This document shows, in pieces, positions 18,930 to 28,711 of a DNA stretch of 64,000 nt. Every line of letters begins with the position of its first letter. Within the stretch, counting starts at the first letter, position 1. The stretch covers positions 2,944,001 to 3,008,000 of the forward strand of contig CAWIIB010000009.1 of NCBI GenBank assembly GCA_963836075.1, given 5' to 3'. The notes under the pieces were generated by a model. The model had not been told where the DNA came from and ran no database searches. It saw only the letters and a program-made list of their open reading frames with translations. This stretch comes from an uncultured Acidobacteriota bacterium (lineage in GTDB: Bacteria > Acidobacteriota > JAQAZP01). Position numbers and translations under genes: made by a program.

Positions 18930-21305
18930 TCAAGGCAGCACTTCGAACTCGCACCACCCCTCGGACCAGCGTGGTCCGGGCCAGGCCTCACCGGCCCAGG
19001 CCTGGTAGCGGTACGTGCCGGGGGGGATGCCTCCCACCGGCTGTTCCAGCTGCTCCCAGGTCCTGCTTTCACCCGGCCCCAGCACCAGCGGGAAGGGACC
19101 CTTGAGCGGGGAAAGGTCCTGGATACCGGGAACCGGGTTCTCGGTCCAGACCTCCAGCACCAGCGCAGTCTGAGACGGATTGGAGACCGTGAGGTCAAAG
19201 ACGAAGAGTCCGCCCGGCGGCACCTGGGGGGTGACGGCGCTGAGGCTGACCTGGGGTGCCGGCTGGATGGTGAACTCGCCGTCCAGCTCCGGGCCGGCGG
19301 AGGGGTGGGTGCAGAGCGGTTTCCCGCGCACCACCGTATTGGAGAAGCCCGGCCGGATGAGCGGCAGGTGGTCGGCGTCAAAGCCCATCACCGTTGTGCG
19401 GTCGTTGTATGGCGAGCGGTCCTCCAGGCGGATCAGGCTCTGCTCCTGGTTCAGGATGCCGATGGAGGCGTCGTCACTCCAGAGCGAGGGGCGGAGGTAG
19501 ACCAGACGGAGCAGCCCCGTCCGGTTCCCCCCGATGGCGCAACTGAAGTCGAGGCGGTTGCCGAACCAGTGCGGCTGGCACTGGAACAGGGCCGGTTCCA
19601 GGTGCTCCAGCGGACCCGGGGCGCTGCACTGGTTCCCGTTGAGGGTGACCGTGAAATCCTCGGTCATCGAGCTTTCGCCATCCATCCTCAGGCTCCAGCG
19701 GTCCCAGACATAAATGACCTCCCGGTCATGGAGCCGGAGTTTGGGCTGGATGAACCAGGCCCGCGGGTCGTCGGGCACGGTGAAGGTGGCGCTGAAGGTC
19801 TGCATCTCCGGACTGACCAGGAGACCGCCGGCCACCACCCGGTCCTCCCAGACGTATTTGTCGAGGGTCTCCCGGCAGGGGATGCTGACCAGGATGTCCA
19901 GCAGCCCTTCGCCGGCCTCGGTGCGCAGGTCAGCTGAAAAGGTGTAGCTTTTTCCTGGTATGGCGGCCCCGGTGTTGTGGGGTACCTTGCCCTCGACGTA
20001 CACCTGCCGGGCGCCGGAAGCGGCCAGTTCAAGAGTGTTGCCGCCGGCGATGCGGATCAGGCCGTCCTCCTCCCCGGTGAGCCGGTTCAGCGCCGTTTCG
20101 TCGCCGCGCACCGCGTACCAGTAGCCGCCGTTGTGTATGCCGCTGACCTCGTCCGACTCGTGGCAGCCGTCAAGCTCCGGGTTGTCGATCAGCTCGGTGG
20201 TGGCGCTGCCGATCAACTCCAGCCGGTATTCCTCGGCGAGCATCTGGTTGGTCCATTGCCACTGCTGGCCGTCCAGCACCTGCCGCGGGATGCTGAACCA
20301 CTCCATCCCGCTGGCGGCCACCTGGAAATCCCCCGGCCGTTGGTAGGGCACACCGGCCTCCTCGGAATCGATGAAGGCGTGGGCCTCCGAATCCCAGAGC
20401 CGGATGCCCAGCTCATGGCTGCCGATGGTGACGATGTAGCTCCAGGCGTCCTGCCCGTAGTCTTTCCCGGTGCCCGGCACCAGGACAAATGTGCAGTTGT
20501 CGTCCCACATGCCGGCATGGAGGTTGAAGGCCACGGTGTTCCAGGCCTTTTCGTTGTGACCGTGCATGAACAGTCTGACCTGCGGGTTGGCGGAGAAGAA
20601 GTTCTGCCACCAGGTGATGTCGTTGTAAATCTTGTAGTCGTCCGCGGTCCAGGAGGTGGCGCGGAAGTTTCCCTGGCCGGTGGTCTCGTGGATCGCCTGG
20701 TGGGTCAGGATGACGGTGCTGTTGTGGTGGTAGGTGGCGGTCAGATACTCCAGCCAGTCCCGCTGGGTGTGGGACAGGTGGTAGAGCACGTTGGTCTGGC
20801 CCAGGCCGATGAAGAGCACCCCGTTGTGGAGAAAGGCGAAGCAGTTCTCGTTCATCCCGGCCACTGTCCGGCCCAGGCGCTCGTTGAGCATCGGGTTGCC
20901 GCTGGCGGGCATCCGGTCGTAGTTGCTCAGATCGTGGTTGCCGGTGATGAAGTACCAGGGGATCTCCTGCAGGTTGGCGCTGTGCCGGGCGATCTGACGC
21001 CAGACCTCGTCCACATCCAGCCACTCCTCCTGCAGCCGGTTGTCCGACACCCAGTCGCCCAGCGAGGCCACCACGAAATCGAGAGACGGCAGGTCGGGGT
21101 GCTCCATCCAGTCGCGGACCGTGGCGCTCTCGTGAAGCGGGACCGGGATGGACCGCCAGCCGTAGTGCTGGTCGGCCACGAGGGCGAAGTTGATTGTCCC
21201 TGAATCGTGATCCGTGCCGGAGAGCGGGGCTGCGGGTGTGGCTTCGGGGAAGGTGGTGACAAACAAGATCAGAGCACAGAAGAGGACAGTTTTCCGCATC
21301 CGCAC
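18930..21305 (-). CDS. Secreted calcineurin-like metallophosphoesterase with C-terminal beta-sandwich domains
   Basis: Signal peptide; DQH, GDW, GNHD, THQ and GHNE motifs. Confidence 0.78.
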   Translation of the reverse strand: MRMRKTVLFCALILFVTTFPEATPAAPLSGTDHDSGTINFALVADQHYGWRSIPVPLHESATVRDWMEHPDLPSLDFVVASLGDWVSDNRLQEEWLDVDEVWRQIARHSANLQEIPWYFITGNHDLSNYDRMPASGNPMLNERLGRTVAGMNENCFAFLHNGVLFIGLGQTNVLYHLSHTQRDWLEYLTATYHHNSTVILTHQAIHETTGQGNFRATSWTADDYKIYNDITWWQNFFSANPQVRLFMHGHNEKAWNTVAFNLHAGMWDDNCTFVLVPGTGKDYGQDAWSYIVTIGSHELGIRLWDSEAHAFIDSEEAGVPYQRPGDFQVAASGMEWFSIPRQVLDGQQWQWTNQMLAEEYRLELIGSATTELIDNPELDGCHESDEVSGIHNGGYWYAVRGDETALNRLTGEEDGLIRIAGGNTLELAASGARQVYVEGKVPHNTGAAIPGKSYTFSADLRTEAGEGLLDILVSIPCRETLDKYVWEDRVVAGGLLVSPEMQTFSATFTVPDDPRAWFIQPKLRLHDREVIYVWDRWSLRMDGESSMTEDFTVTLNGNQCSAPGPLEHLEPALFQCQPHWFGNRLDFSCAIGGNRTGLLRLVYLRPSLWSDDASIGILNQEQSLIRLEDRSPYNDRTTVMGFDADHLPLIRPGFSNTVVRGKPLCTHPSAGPELDGEFTIQPAPQVSLSAVTPQVPPGGLFVFDLTVSNPSQTALVLEVWTENPVPGIQDLSPLKGPFPLVLGPGESRTWEQLEQPVGGIPPGTYRYQAWAGEAWPGPRWSEGWCEFEVLP

Positions 21306-21574
21306 CTCCTCCGGAGACGACAGACCGCGGCCGAGCGGGCGCGCTGCCGACCCTTCAGGTCAATGATAAATTGTTGGTCGTTAGAGACAGATTCAGCTGT
21401 CGGAACAACGGACAGCGCTCTGGTTACAATGTAGGCACCGGGGACCGGTTTTTCAAGACCCGGGCATAATTTATTCTGGATTGCGGATGGCACCGGCGTC
21501 CCCGGCCCGCCGTGATAGAATTCCGGTCGGCAGGGCAGTGGGAAAGGGCGGGCCTGAGACCGGAGGAGGATGGT

Positions 21575-22813
21575 GTGAAACTTGGATCTGCCACAGCGGC
21601 GACGGGGCTGCGGGCCTGGCTGCCGCTGTCCGTCCTGCTGCTCCTGTCCCTGGTCGCCGGCTGCTCCGGGGGAAATCAGCCCGGCAGTTCCTCACCGCTG
21701 ACGGGGGAGTTGCCGCCGGTCCAGGCGGCCCCGGGCGGAGGAGCGGCCGGAGCCGCGATGGAGATCCGTCACGCTGCGCTGTTCACCGTGGCCTACCACC
21801 CCTGTGGCAAGGAGGTGGCGGTGCAGGTTCCCTGGCGCCCGCCGGAGGACCCGCTGTGCTACCTGCTGATACCCCGGGGCGGGGAGGTGCCCCGCCGCTT
21901 CGCCGGCCATCGTGTGGTGGAACTGCCGGTGCGCAGCGTGGTGGCCCTCTCCACCACCTACCTGGCCCACATGGAGAGTCTCGGACTGCTGGACACCCTG
22001 GTGGGCCTGGCCAATTTCGATCACGTCTGTTCGCCGGCCATGCGGCGGCGCATCGACCGGGGCGGGCTGGCCGAGGTGGGGGAGAACCAGGCGGTGAACG
22101 TGGAACTGCTGATCGACCTGGATCCCGACCTGGTGCTGGGCTACGGTATCGGGGTGGCCGAGGACGACAACCACCCGGCGCTGTTCGAAGCGGGGCTGGA
22201 CGTGGTGCTGACCACCGAATTCCTGGAGTCCACCCCGCTGGCCCGGGCCGAGTGGTGCAAGTTCATCGCCCTCTTCTTTGACCGGGAAGCCGAGGCGGAA
22301 GCGCTGTTCCGCCGGATGGAACGGCGCTACCTGGAGCTGCAGGGCCTGGCCCGGGACGCCGGTTCCCGTCCCGCGGTGCTGCTCAATGCCGATTTCCAGG
22401 GGGTCTGGTACCTGCCCGGCGGCCGGTCCTACATGGCCACCCTGTTGCACGACGCCGGGGCGCGCTACATCTGGGATGACGATGACTCCTCCGCCACCCG
22501 CGCTTTCGACGCCGAGTCGGTGTTCGAGCGGGGGGCGCGGGCCGAGTTCTGGCTCAACCCGGGCCAGGCGCGATCCCTCGATGAACTGCTCTCCCTCGAC
22601 CGACGCTACAATTATTTCGAAGCGGTGCAGCAGTGCCGGGTGTACAATTGCACCGCCCGGCTGGGGCCCGGGGGCGGCAATGACATCTGGGAGACCGGGG
22701 TGGCCAATCCCCACCTGGTGCTGGCCGACCTGGTGCGCATCTTCCACCCCGATCTGTTGCCGGACCATCAACTCATCTGGTACCATCGGTTGAATTGCCC
22801 CGAACAGGACTGA
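21575..22813 (+). CDS. Cobalamin/Fe-chelate ABC substrate-binding lipoprotein
   Basis: Lipobox LVAGC; VVALSTT; ELLIDLDPDLV; TPLARAEW; PHLVLADLVRIFHP. Confidence 0.85.
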   Translation: MKLGSATAATGLRAWLPLSVLLLLSLVAGCSGGNQPGSSSPLTGELPPVQAAPGGGAAGAAMEIRHAALFTVAYHPCGKEVAVQVPWRPPEDPLCYLLIPRGGEVPRRFAGHRVVELPVRSVVALSTTYLAHMESLGLLDTLVGLANFDHVCSPAMRRRIDRGGLAEVGENQAVNVELLIDLDPDLVLGYGIGVAEDDNHPALFEAGLDVVLTTEFLESTPLARAEWCKFIALFFDREAEAEALFRRMERRYLELQGLARDAGSRPAVLLNADFQGVWYLPGGRSYMATLLHDAGARYIWDDDDSSATRAFDAESVFERGARAEFWLNPGQARSLDELLSLDRRYNYFEAVQQCRVYNCTARLGPGGGNDIWETGVANPHLVLADLVRIFHPDLLPDHQLIWYHRLNCPEQD

Positions 22814-22839
22814 CCCTTTCCGCTTGTTGCAGGTGAACA

Positions 22840-23919
22840 GTGACCGGCCCCGGTTCCATCAGCACGCCGTCTTCGTCCCGTCGCGGATGGCCGGTGATCG
22901 GCCTGCTCTTCGGTGCCTTGTGCGTGATCTTTGCCCTGGACCTGGCCCTGGGGTCGGTGCGCATCCCGCTGGGCGACATCATCTCCATCCTTTTCGGCGG
23001 CGGGGCGGAGAGGGAGAGCTGGGAAAAGATCGTCCTGGCCTACCGGCTGCCCCGGGCGCTCACTGCCCTGCTCGGCGGCGCCGGGCTGGCGGTGGCCGGC
23101 CTGCAGATGCAGACCCTGTTTCGCAACCCGCTGGCCGGTCCCTTTGTCCTGGGCATCAACGCCGGGGCCAGCCTCGGTGTGGCCGCGGCGGTGCTGACCG
23201 CCGGGGGACTGGCCGGGGCGGGGCTGATCTCCGGCCTGGGCCTCTTCGGCTCCCTGGGGGCGGTGGTCTCGGCCACCCTCGGTTCGGCGCTGGTTTTTGC
23301 CATGATCATGCTGGTCTCCCGCCGGGTGGAGAGCAACATGACGCTGCTGATCCTCGGTCTGATGTTCGGCCACACCGCCGGTGCGGCGGTGAGCGTACTG
23401 CTGCACTTCAGCGCCGCCGAGCAGATCCGGGTCTTCGTGGCCTGGACCTTCGGCAGCTTTGCCGGGGTGGGCTGGGAGCAGCTGAGGGTGCTGGCCCCGG
23501 CGGTGCTGCTGGGCCTGCTGGCCGCCTTCCTGCTGGTCAAGCCGCTGAACGCCCTGCTGCTGGGTGAGTCGTACGCCCGGAGCATGGGCCTGACGGTGAG
23601 CCGGGCCCGGCTGGCCGTGCTGGCCGGCACGTCGCTGCTGGCCGGCGCCATCACCGCCTTCTGCGGACCCATCGCCTTTCTGGGGGTGGCCGTGCCGCAT
23701 CTCTGCCGCGGCCTGCTGGACACCTCGGACCACCGGCTGCTGGTGCCGGCGGTGACCCTGGCCGGCGGGACGCTGGCTCTCACCGCCGACCTGGTGGCCC
23801 AGTTGCCGGGCAGCCAGGCCGTGCTGCCGCTCAACGCCGTGACCTCCCTGATCGGCGCCCCGGTGATCATCTGGGTCATCCTTCAGCGGGCCAACCTGAG
23901 GTCGACGTTCGCCTCATGA
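22840..23919 (+). CDS. FecCD/BtuC-family ABC permease
   Basis: RLPRA, QTLFRNPLAGP, GESYARSMG, GPIAFLG, IGAP. Confidence 0.93.
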   Translation: MTGPGSISTPSSSRRGWPVIGLLFGALCVIFALDLALGSVRIPLGDIISILFGGGAERESWEKIVLAYRLPRALTALLGGAGLAVAGLQMQTLFRNPLAGPFVLGINAGASLGVAAAVLTAGGLAGAGLISGLGLFGSLGAVVSATLGSALVFAMIMLVSRRVESNMTLLILGLMFGHTAGAAVSVLLHFSAAEQIRVFVAWTFGSFAGVGWEQLRVLAPAVLLGLLAAFLLVKPLNALLLGESYARSMGLTVSRARLAVLAGTSLLAGAITAFCGPIAFLGVAVPHLCRGLLDTSDHRLLVPAVTLAGGTLALTADLVAQLPGSQAVLPLNAVTSLIGAPVIIWVILQRANLRSTFAS

Positions 23920-24977
23920 GCAGACCGATCCTCCAGACCGAAGACCTCTCCATCGGCTACCAGCGGCCGAGGGGCGAGGCGTTCACCGTGGCCCGGGGGA
24001 TTTCCGTCTCGCTGCGGGCCGGGGAGTGCGTCTGTCTGGTGGGACCCAACGGGGCGGGCAAGTCCACTCTGCTCAAGACCCTGGCCGGGATGCTCAAGCC
24101 CCTCAGCGGCCGGGTGCTGGCCGGCGGCGACGATGTCCACGGTCTGCGTCCGCTGGAGCTGGCCCGGCGGTTGAGCGTGGTGCTCACCGACCGGGTCCAG
24201 GCCGGGACGCTCACCGCCTATGCCCTGGTGGCCCTGGGCCGCTATCCTTACACCGGCTGGACCGGCAGGCTCACCGCCCACGACGAAGAACGGGTCCGCA
24301 CCGCCATGTCGGCGGTGGGCGCCGCCGAGCTGGCTTCGCGCAGCGTGTTGGAGCTCTCTGACGGTGAGCGGCAGAAAGTGATGATCGCCCGGGCGCTGGC
24401 CCAGGACCCGAGCCTGATGATCCTCGATGAGCCCACCGCCTTTCTCGACCTGCCCCGCCGGGTGGAGGTGCTGCGCCTGCTGCGCAACCTGGCCCACCGC
24501 AAGTCGCGGGCGGTCCTGCTCTCGACCCATGACCTCGACCTGGCCCTGCGCACCGCGGACACCATCTGGGTGCTGGCCCGGGGCGGCGGTTTGAGCTGCG
24601 GCGTGCCCGAGGACCTGGTGCTGGACGGAGCGTTCGAGACGGCATTCCAGAGCGAGGGCGTGGTGTTCGACCGCGAGACGGGCAGCTTCCGGGTCAGCGG
24701 CGAGGCGCTGGCCACGGTGGCGGTCAACGGTCACGGTGCGGTGCGGCGCTGGACGGTGCGGGGCCTGGAACGGGCCGGCCTGCGGGCGGTCAGCGGGGAA
24801 GAGGCCGCATCGGCCGTGTTCCAGGTGGACGTTTCAGCGGTGGGGGACACGGTGGCCTGGCGGCTGACCCTCGACGGCGGCAAGGCCGCCGAAGGCCGCG
24901 GCGTGGAGGCGCTGCTGGCCGAGGTGCAGCAGGTCAGGTGGGCTGCCCCTCCTTCAGGAGCGCACTCATCGCCTTGA
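23916..24977 (+). CDS. FecE/BtuD-family ABC ATP-binding protein
   Basis: GPNGAGKST, LSDGERQK, LDEPTAFLD, STHD. Confidence 0.93.
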   Translation: MSRPILQTEDLSIGYQRPRGEAFTVARGISVSLRAGECVCLVGPNGAGKSTLLKTLAGMLKPLSGRVLAGGDDVHGLRPLELARRLSVVLTDRVQAGTLTAYALVALGRYPYTGWTGRLTAHDEERVRTAMSAVGAAELASRSVLELSDGERQKVMIARALAQDPSLMILDEPTAFLDLPRRVEVLRLLRNLAHRKSRAVLLSTHDLDLALRTADTIWVLARGGGLSCGVPEDLVLDGAFETAFQSEGVVFDRETGSFRVSGEALATVAVNGHGAVRRWTVRGLERAGLRAVSGEEAASAVFQVDVSAVGDTVAWRLTLDGGKAAEGRGVEALLAEVQQVRWAAPPSGAHSSP

Positions 24978-25533
24978 ACCCCGGGTGGCTGGTGTCCCGG
25001 GCCCACTCGAAACCCACCGACTCGTGGTTGGTCAGCACTGCCCCGGCCTGCTGCATCCGTTCCAGGGCGTGGCGGCGATATTCCTCCCCGCGGCCGCTGA
25101 TGCACTCCCAGCAGAGGTGCACCTGGTTCCCCGCCCGCAGCAGCTCGATCACCGTCTGCATCACACAGACGTGGGCCTCGATGCCGGCCACCACCACCTG
25201 CCGCTGCGCGGCGGGCAGTCCGGGTGATGTCTGCTCGAGGAGCTCGTTGAACCGTTCGTCGCCGCAGCAGCCGAAGGCGGTTTTGTCCAGGTAGTGGTGC
25301 TCGGTCTCCAACTGGTCAAAGACCGTGCGGACCTCGGGGTGGGTGGGCCCCAGGCCCCGGGGGTACTGCTCGGTGAGCAGCACCGGCACGCGGTAATGGT
25401 CGGCGAACCTGAGCAGCCGGCAGGTGGCCTGCACCACCAGCGATGGCCGGTGGATCATCTCCATCAGCTTGCCCTGCAGGTCGATGACCAGCACCACGCT
25501 GCGGCGGATGTCGAGAAGTTCGGACGGATGCAT
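24934..25533 (-). CDS. Isochorismatase-family hydrolase
   Basis: LVIDLQ, TEQYPRGLGPT, K, GIEAHVCV. Confidence 0.9.
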   Translation of the reverse strand: MHPSELLDIRRSVVLVIDLQGKLMEMIHRPSLVVQATCRLLRFADHYRVPVLLTEQYPRGLGPTHPEVRTVFDQLETEHHYLDKTAFGCCGDERFNELLEQTSPGLPAAQRQVVVAGIEAHVCVMQTVIELLRAGNQVHLCWECISGRGEEYRRHALERMQQAGAVLTNHESVGFEWARDTSHPGFKAMSALLKEGQPT

Positions 25534-25549
25534 GATCCCTCCCCGCTGT

Positions 25550-25729
25550 TCAGGGGGGGATACCCACCACCGAGCAGACGGCGTTGGCCGAGTCTCCCGA
25601 AGCGGGATACGGCGGCTGGTTGTAAGGCGCCGGGGTGACGTCGAAGGCCCTGAGGGTGAACATGTTGGTGCCGATCAGCAGGGTGGTGGCGAGCCGCGGG
25701 CGCAGGTTTTGAGCCGGGACTCTTCTCAT
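25550..25729 (-). CDS. Small hypothetical protein (59 aa) or gene remnant
   Basis: GGAGG RBS before ATG; stops 16 nt before the isochorismatase start. Confidence 0.3.
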   Translation of the reverse strand: MRRVPAQNLRPRLATTLLIGTNMFTLRAFDVTPAPYNQPPYPASGDSANAVCSVVGIPP

Positions 25730-25949
25730 GGGATAATCCTCCGTCAACGATAAACCGGGCGGCTTTGCTGGTCAACAGGTTTAACAGGCGCTCTGGTTCA
25801 TCCGGGACGTGGCAGGTCAAGCGCCGATGGGGAACAACCTTTTCGATCCAACCTCTTCCATGTAATATACAGCCTTCCGGCCGTGAAAACCACTCTCCGC
25901 GGGGATCGGCGGCGCGGCCTGGAGGTGCATCAAGGCTCAACTGGAGACT

Positions 25950-26942
25950 GTGGCGGTGAGCGCGAAAAAGAAAAAAATGAGCGAGCCCGACGCCACGGCG
26001 GACGATGCCGTGGAGGACCAGGACCTCGAACTGCTGGTGCCCGAGCTGGTGGAGGAGGATATGGAAGGGCGGGGGGGGGTGGTCCCCTACGACCCGGTTC
26101 GCCGCTACCTGGCGGAGATCTCCCGCTTCGATCCGCTCTCCCGCGAGGAGGAGCACCAGCTGGCCCTGCGCTACAGCGAAGAGGGGGACAAGGAAGCGGC
26201 CCGGATCCTGGTCAGCGCCAACCTCAAGCAGGTGGTGCGTCTGGCGTTCATGTTCAGCCGCTACTACCAGAATGTGATGGACCTGGTCCAGGAGGGCAAT
26301 GTCGGCCTGATGCAGGCGGTGCAACGTTTCGACCCCTTCCGCGGTACCCGGCTCTCCACCTACGCCACCTTCTGGATCCGGGCCTACATGATCAAGTTCC
26401 TCACCGACAACTGGCGGCTGGTGCGGGTGGGGACCACCAACACGCGGCGCAAGCTGCTCTACAACCTGCAGAAGGAGAAGGCGCGGCTGGAGTCCATGGG
26501 CATCGGTTACGGCCCCAAGCTGCTGGCCGAGAAATTCGGCGCGTCGGAGCAGGACGTCCGCGACATCGAGGAGAGTCTCGGGTCATCGGACCTCTCCCTG
26601 GACCAGCCGCTGGGGTTCGACACCGACCGCAGCTTCGGCGATGTCCTGGCGGACGATGAAGAGCCGCTGGAGGACGTATTGGCCAACGAGGACTTCCTCC
26701 GGGTTTTTCGTGAAAAGGTCGCTGTCTTCGCTGAGCAACTTGAAGAGCGTGACCGGTATATCCTCGAAAACCGGTTGATCGCCGAGGAGCCGGTGACGCT
26801 GCAGCAGATCGGCGACCGCTTCGGTATCACCAGGGAGGGGAGCCGGCTGGTGGAGGGCAAGCTGCTGGATCGCCTGAAGGCCTTCGTCCGGGCGGAAATG
26901 GCAAACAGGGCCGGCCCGGACGCGCCGGTGGAGGAAGAGTGA
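25950..26942 (+). CDS. rpoH: RNA polymerase sigma factor, sigma32/RpoH-like
   Basis: DLVQEGNVGLM, RLSTYATFWIRA, RpoH-box-like RRKLLYNL, TLQQIGDRFGITRE. Confidence 0.8.
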   Translation: MAVSAKKKKMSEPDATADDAVEDQDLELLVPELVEEDMEGRGGVVPYDPVRRYLAEISRFDPLSREEEHQLALRYSEEGDKEAARILVSANLKQVVRLAFMFSRYYQNVMDLVQEGNVGLMQAVQRFDPFRGTRLSTYATFWIRAYMIKFLTDNWRLVRVGTTNTRRKLLYNLQKEKARLESMGIGYGPKLLAEKFGASEQDVRDIEESLGSSDLSLDQPLGFDTDRSFGDVLADDEEPLEDVLANEDFLRVFREKVAVFAEQLEERDRYILENRLIAEEPVTLQQIGDRFGITREGSRLVEGKLLDRLKAFVRAEMANRAGPDAPVEEE

Positions 26943-27391
26943 TGAGCGAGAAAAAGAAAATAGAGTACCGCGGCCCCGGGACGCCGCCAAAGGAGCTGGG
27001 TACCGTTACCCTGACGCCGGAGGGGATACTGGAGCTGCCCCAGCGGGTAATGAATACCTGCGTCCGGGAACGCACCGTCTGCCGCCTCTGGTTTGAGGAG
27101 CAGGCCCGGCACGTGGGGATCAAGTTGGGCGCCGAGGGCCGCAAGGACGCCGTGCCCATCGAGGTGGAGGGCGAGGGCCCGACACGCCGCGGCCGCATCG
27201 ACCTCAACCGCATGCTGGCGGCCTACGGGGCGACGCTCCCCGGGGAGCCGGTGGAACTGCCGGTGCTCTGGAAGCAGGAACTCGATTTCTTCGAGGTCAG
27301 CCTCACCGGGGAGGCCGAGGCCATTGTCCCGATGAAGGATCTCGACCGCTCGAAGATCAAGAGCATCCTTGACGACTACGACCCGCTCTAA
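26942..27391 (+). CDS. Hypothetical protein
   Basis: Coupled to the sigma gene stop; host-like codon usage; no recognised motif. Confidence 0.65.
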   Translation: MSEKKKIEYRGPGTPPKELGTVTLTPEGILELPQRVMNTCVRERTVCRLWFEEQARHVGIKLGAEGRKDAVPIEVEGEGPTRRGRIDLNRMLAAYGATLPGEPVELPVLWKQELDFFEVSLTGEAEAIVPMKDLDRSKIKSILDDYDPL

Positions 27392-27502
27392 CTGTCATTG
27401 CGAGGAGCCGTCGAAGACGGTGACGAAGCAATCTCATTGATTTGGAAAAACATCCGAGGAGATCGCCGCGTCGTCGGCTGCGCCGACTCCTCGCGATGAC
27501 AG
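27392..27502. repeat. Structured intergenic repeat (REP/MITE-like) with 16-bp terminal inverted repeats
   Basis: ctgtcattgcgaggag ... ctcctcgcgatgacag with internal hairpins and gacgaagcaatctc. Confidence 0.7.
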
Positions 27503-27620
27503 GAAGCGGGGCTGCACCTGCTCCCTGCAATGATGGAAGCGCAGTGGCTAGGTAACTGGTCCTTCCTGTAATATAATCACTTTTTTCATTGCCCCGGGGG
27601 CAAGGGAGGTCCGCGGTCAA

Positions 27621-28664
27621 ATGCACGTGCTGGTTACAGGCGGAGCAGGCTTCATCGGGAGCCATGTGGCCGCATTTTACGCCGGGCAGGGCGAGCGGGT
27701 GACGGTCCTGGACAACCTCAGCCGGCAAAAGCTGCTGGGTAAATCCGAGGCCAATGCCCTCTGCAACTGGAACTATCTCGACGGGCTGGGGGGAGTCACC
27801 CTGGTCCGGGGGGATGTTTGCGACGCTGCCGCGCTGGACAAGGTATGCCCTGGTGTCGACCTGATCGTCCACGCCGCGGCCCAGACCGCGGTGACCACCT
27901 CCATCGTCCGCCCGGCTGAAGACTTCTCCTCCAACGCCATGGGCAGTTTCAGCCTGCTGGAGGCCGCGCGGCGCCACCAGGTGCCGGCGGTGATCTACTG
28001 TTCGACGAACAAGGTCTATGGCGACCGGGTGAACCGGGTCCCGGTGGTCGAGGGGGAGAGCCGCTACGCTTTCGGCGCGGAGCACGCTTGCGGTATCAGC
28101 GAGGACTTCGGGGTGGACCTCTGCGAGCACACCCCCTACGGCTGTTCCAAGCTCACCGGCGACCTCTACATGCAGGACTACGCGCACATCCACGGCATCC
28201 GCACCGGGGTCTTTCGCATGTCCTGCATCTACGGCGAACGCCAGATGGGCGTGGAGGACCAGGGCTGGCTGGCCTGGTTCACCATCGCCGCCTTGACCGG
28301 CCGGCCGATCACCCTTTTCGGTGACGGCAAGCAGGTGCGTGATGTGCTCTATGTCGGCGACCTTGTCCAACTGTTCAGCAGATTTGCTGAGTCCGACGAG
28401 CCCCACACCGTCTGCAACGCCGGCGGCGGGCCGGACAACACACTCTCCCTGCTCGAGTTGATCGGGCTGCTGGAGGAGCAGACCGGAAAGCGCAGTCCGG
28501 TGGCCTTCGCTCCCTGGCGGCCCTCGGACCAGAAAGTTTACATTTCCGATATCAGCAAGGCCGCGCGGACCTTTGACTGGGCGCCGGCCACCACACCCCG
28601 GGAAGGGGTGCGGCGGCTGGTCCGCTGGGTCGGTGAGAACCTCGACCTTTTCCATGACATCTGA
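27621..28664 (+). CDS. NAD-dependent nucleotide-sugar epimerase (CDP-paratose 2-epimerase-like)
   Basis: TGGAGFIG, AAQTAVTTS, STNKVYG, PYGCSK, RMSCIYG, EDQGW. Confidence 0.88.
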   Translation: MHVLVTGGAGFIGSHVAAFYAGQGERVTVLDNLSRQKLLGKSEANALCNWNYLDGLGGVTLVRGDVCDAAALDKVCPGVDLIVHAAAQTAVTTSIVRPAEDFSSNAMGSFSLLEAARRHQVPAVIYCSTNKVYGDRVNRVPVVEGESRYAFGAEHACGISEDFGVDLCEHTPYGCSKLTGDLYMQDYAHIHGIRTGVFRMSCIYGERQMGVEDQGWLAWFTIAALTGRPITLFGDGKQVRDVLYVGDLVQLFSRFAESDEPHTVCNAGGGPDNTLSLLELIGLLEEQTGKRSPVAFAPWRPSDQKVYISDISKAARTFDWAPATTPREGVRRLVRWVGENLDLFHDI

Positions 28665-28711
28665 TGCCGCCGGCATCTCGACGGCGGCGCGCTCCAGGGG
28701 AAGAAGCACCG

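Noticed and set aside
21306-21575. Cobalamin riboswitch upstream of the B12/Fe ABC importer
   Set aside because: No B12-box or ordered conserved core motifs were found by eye.
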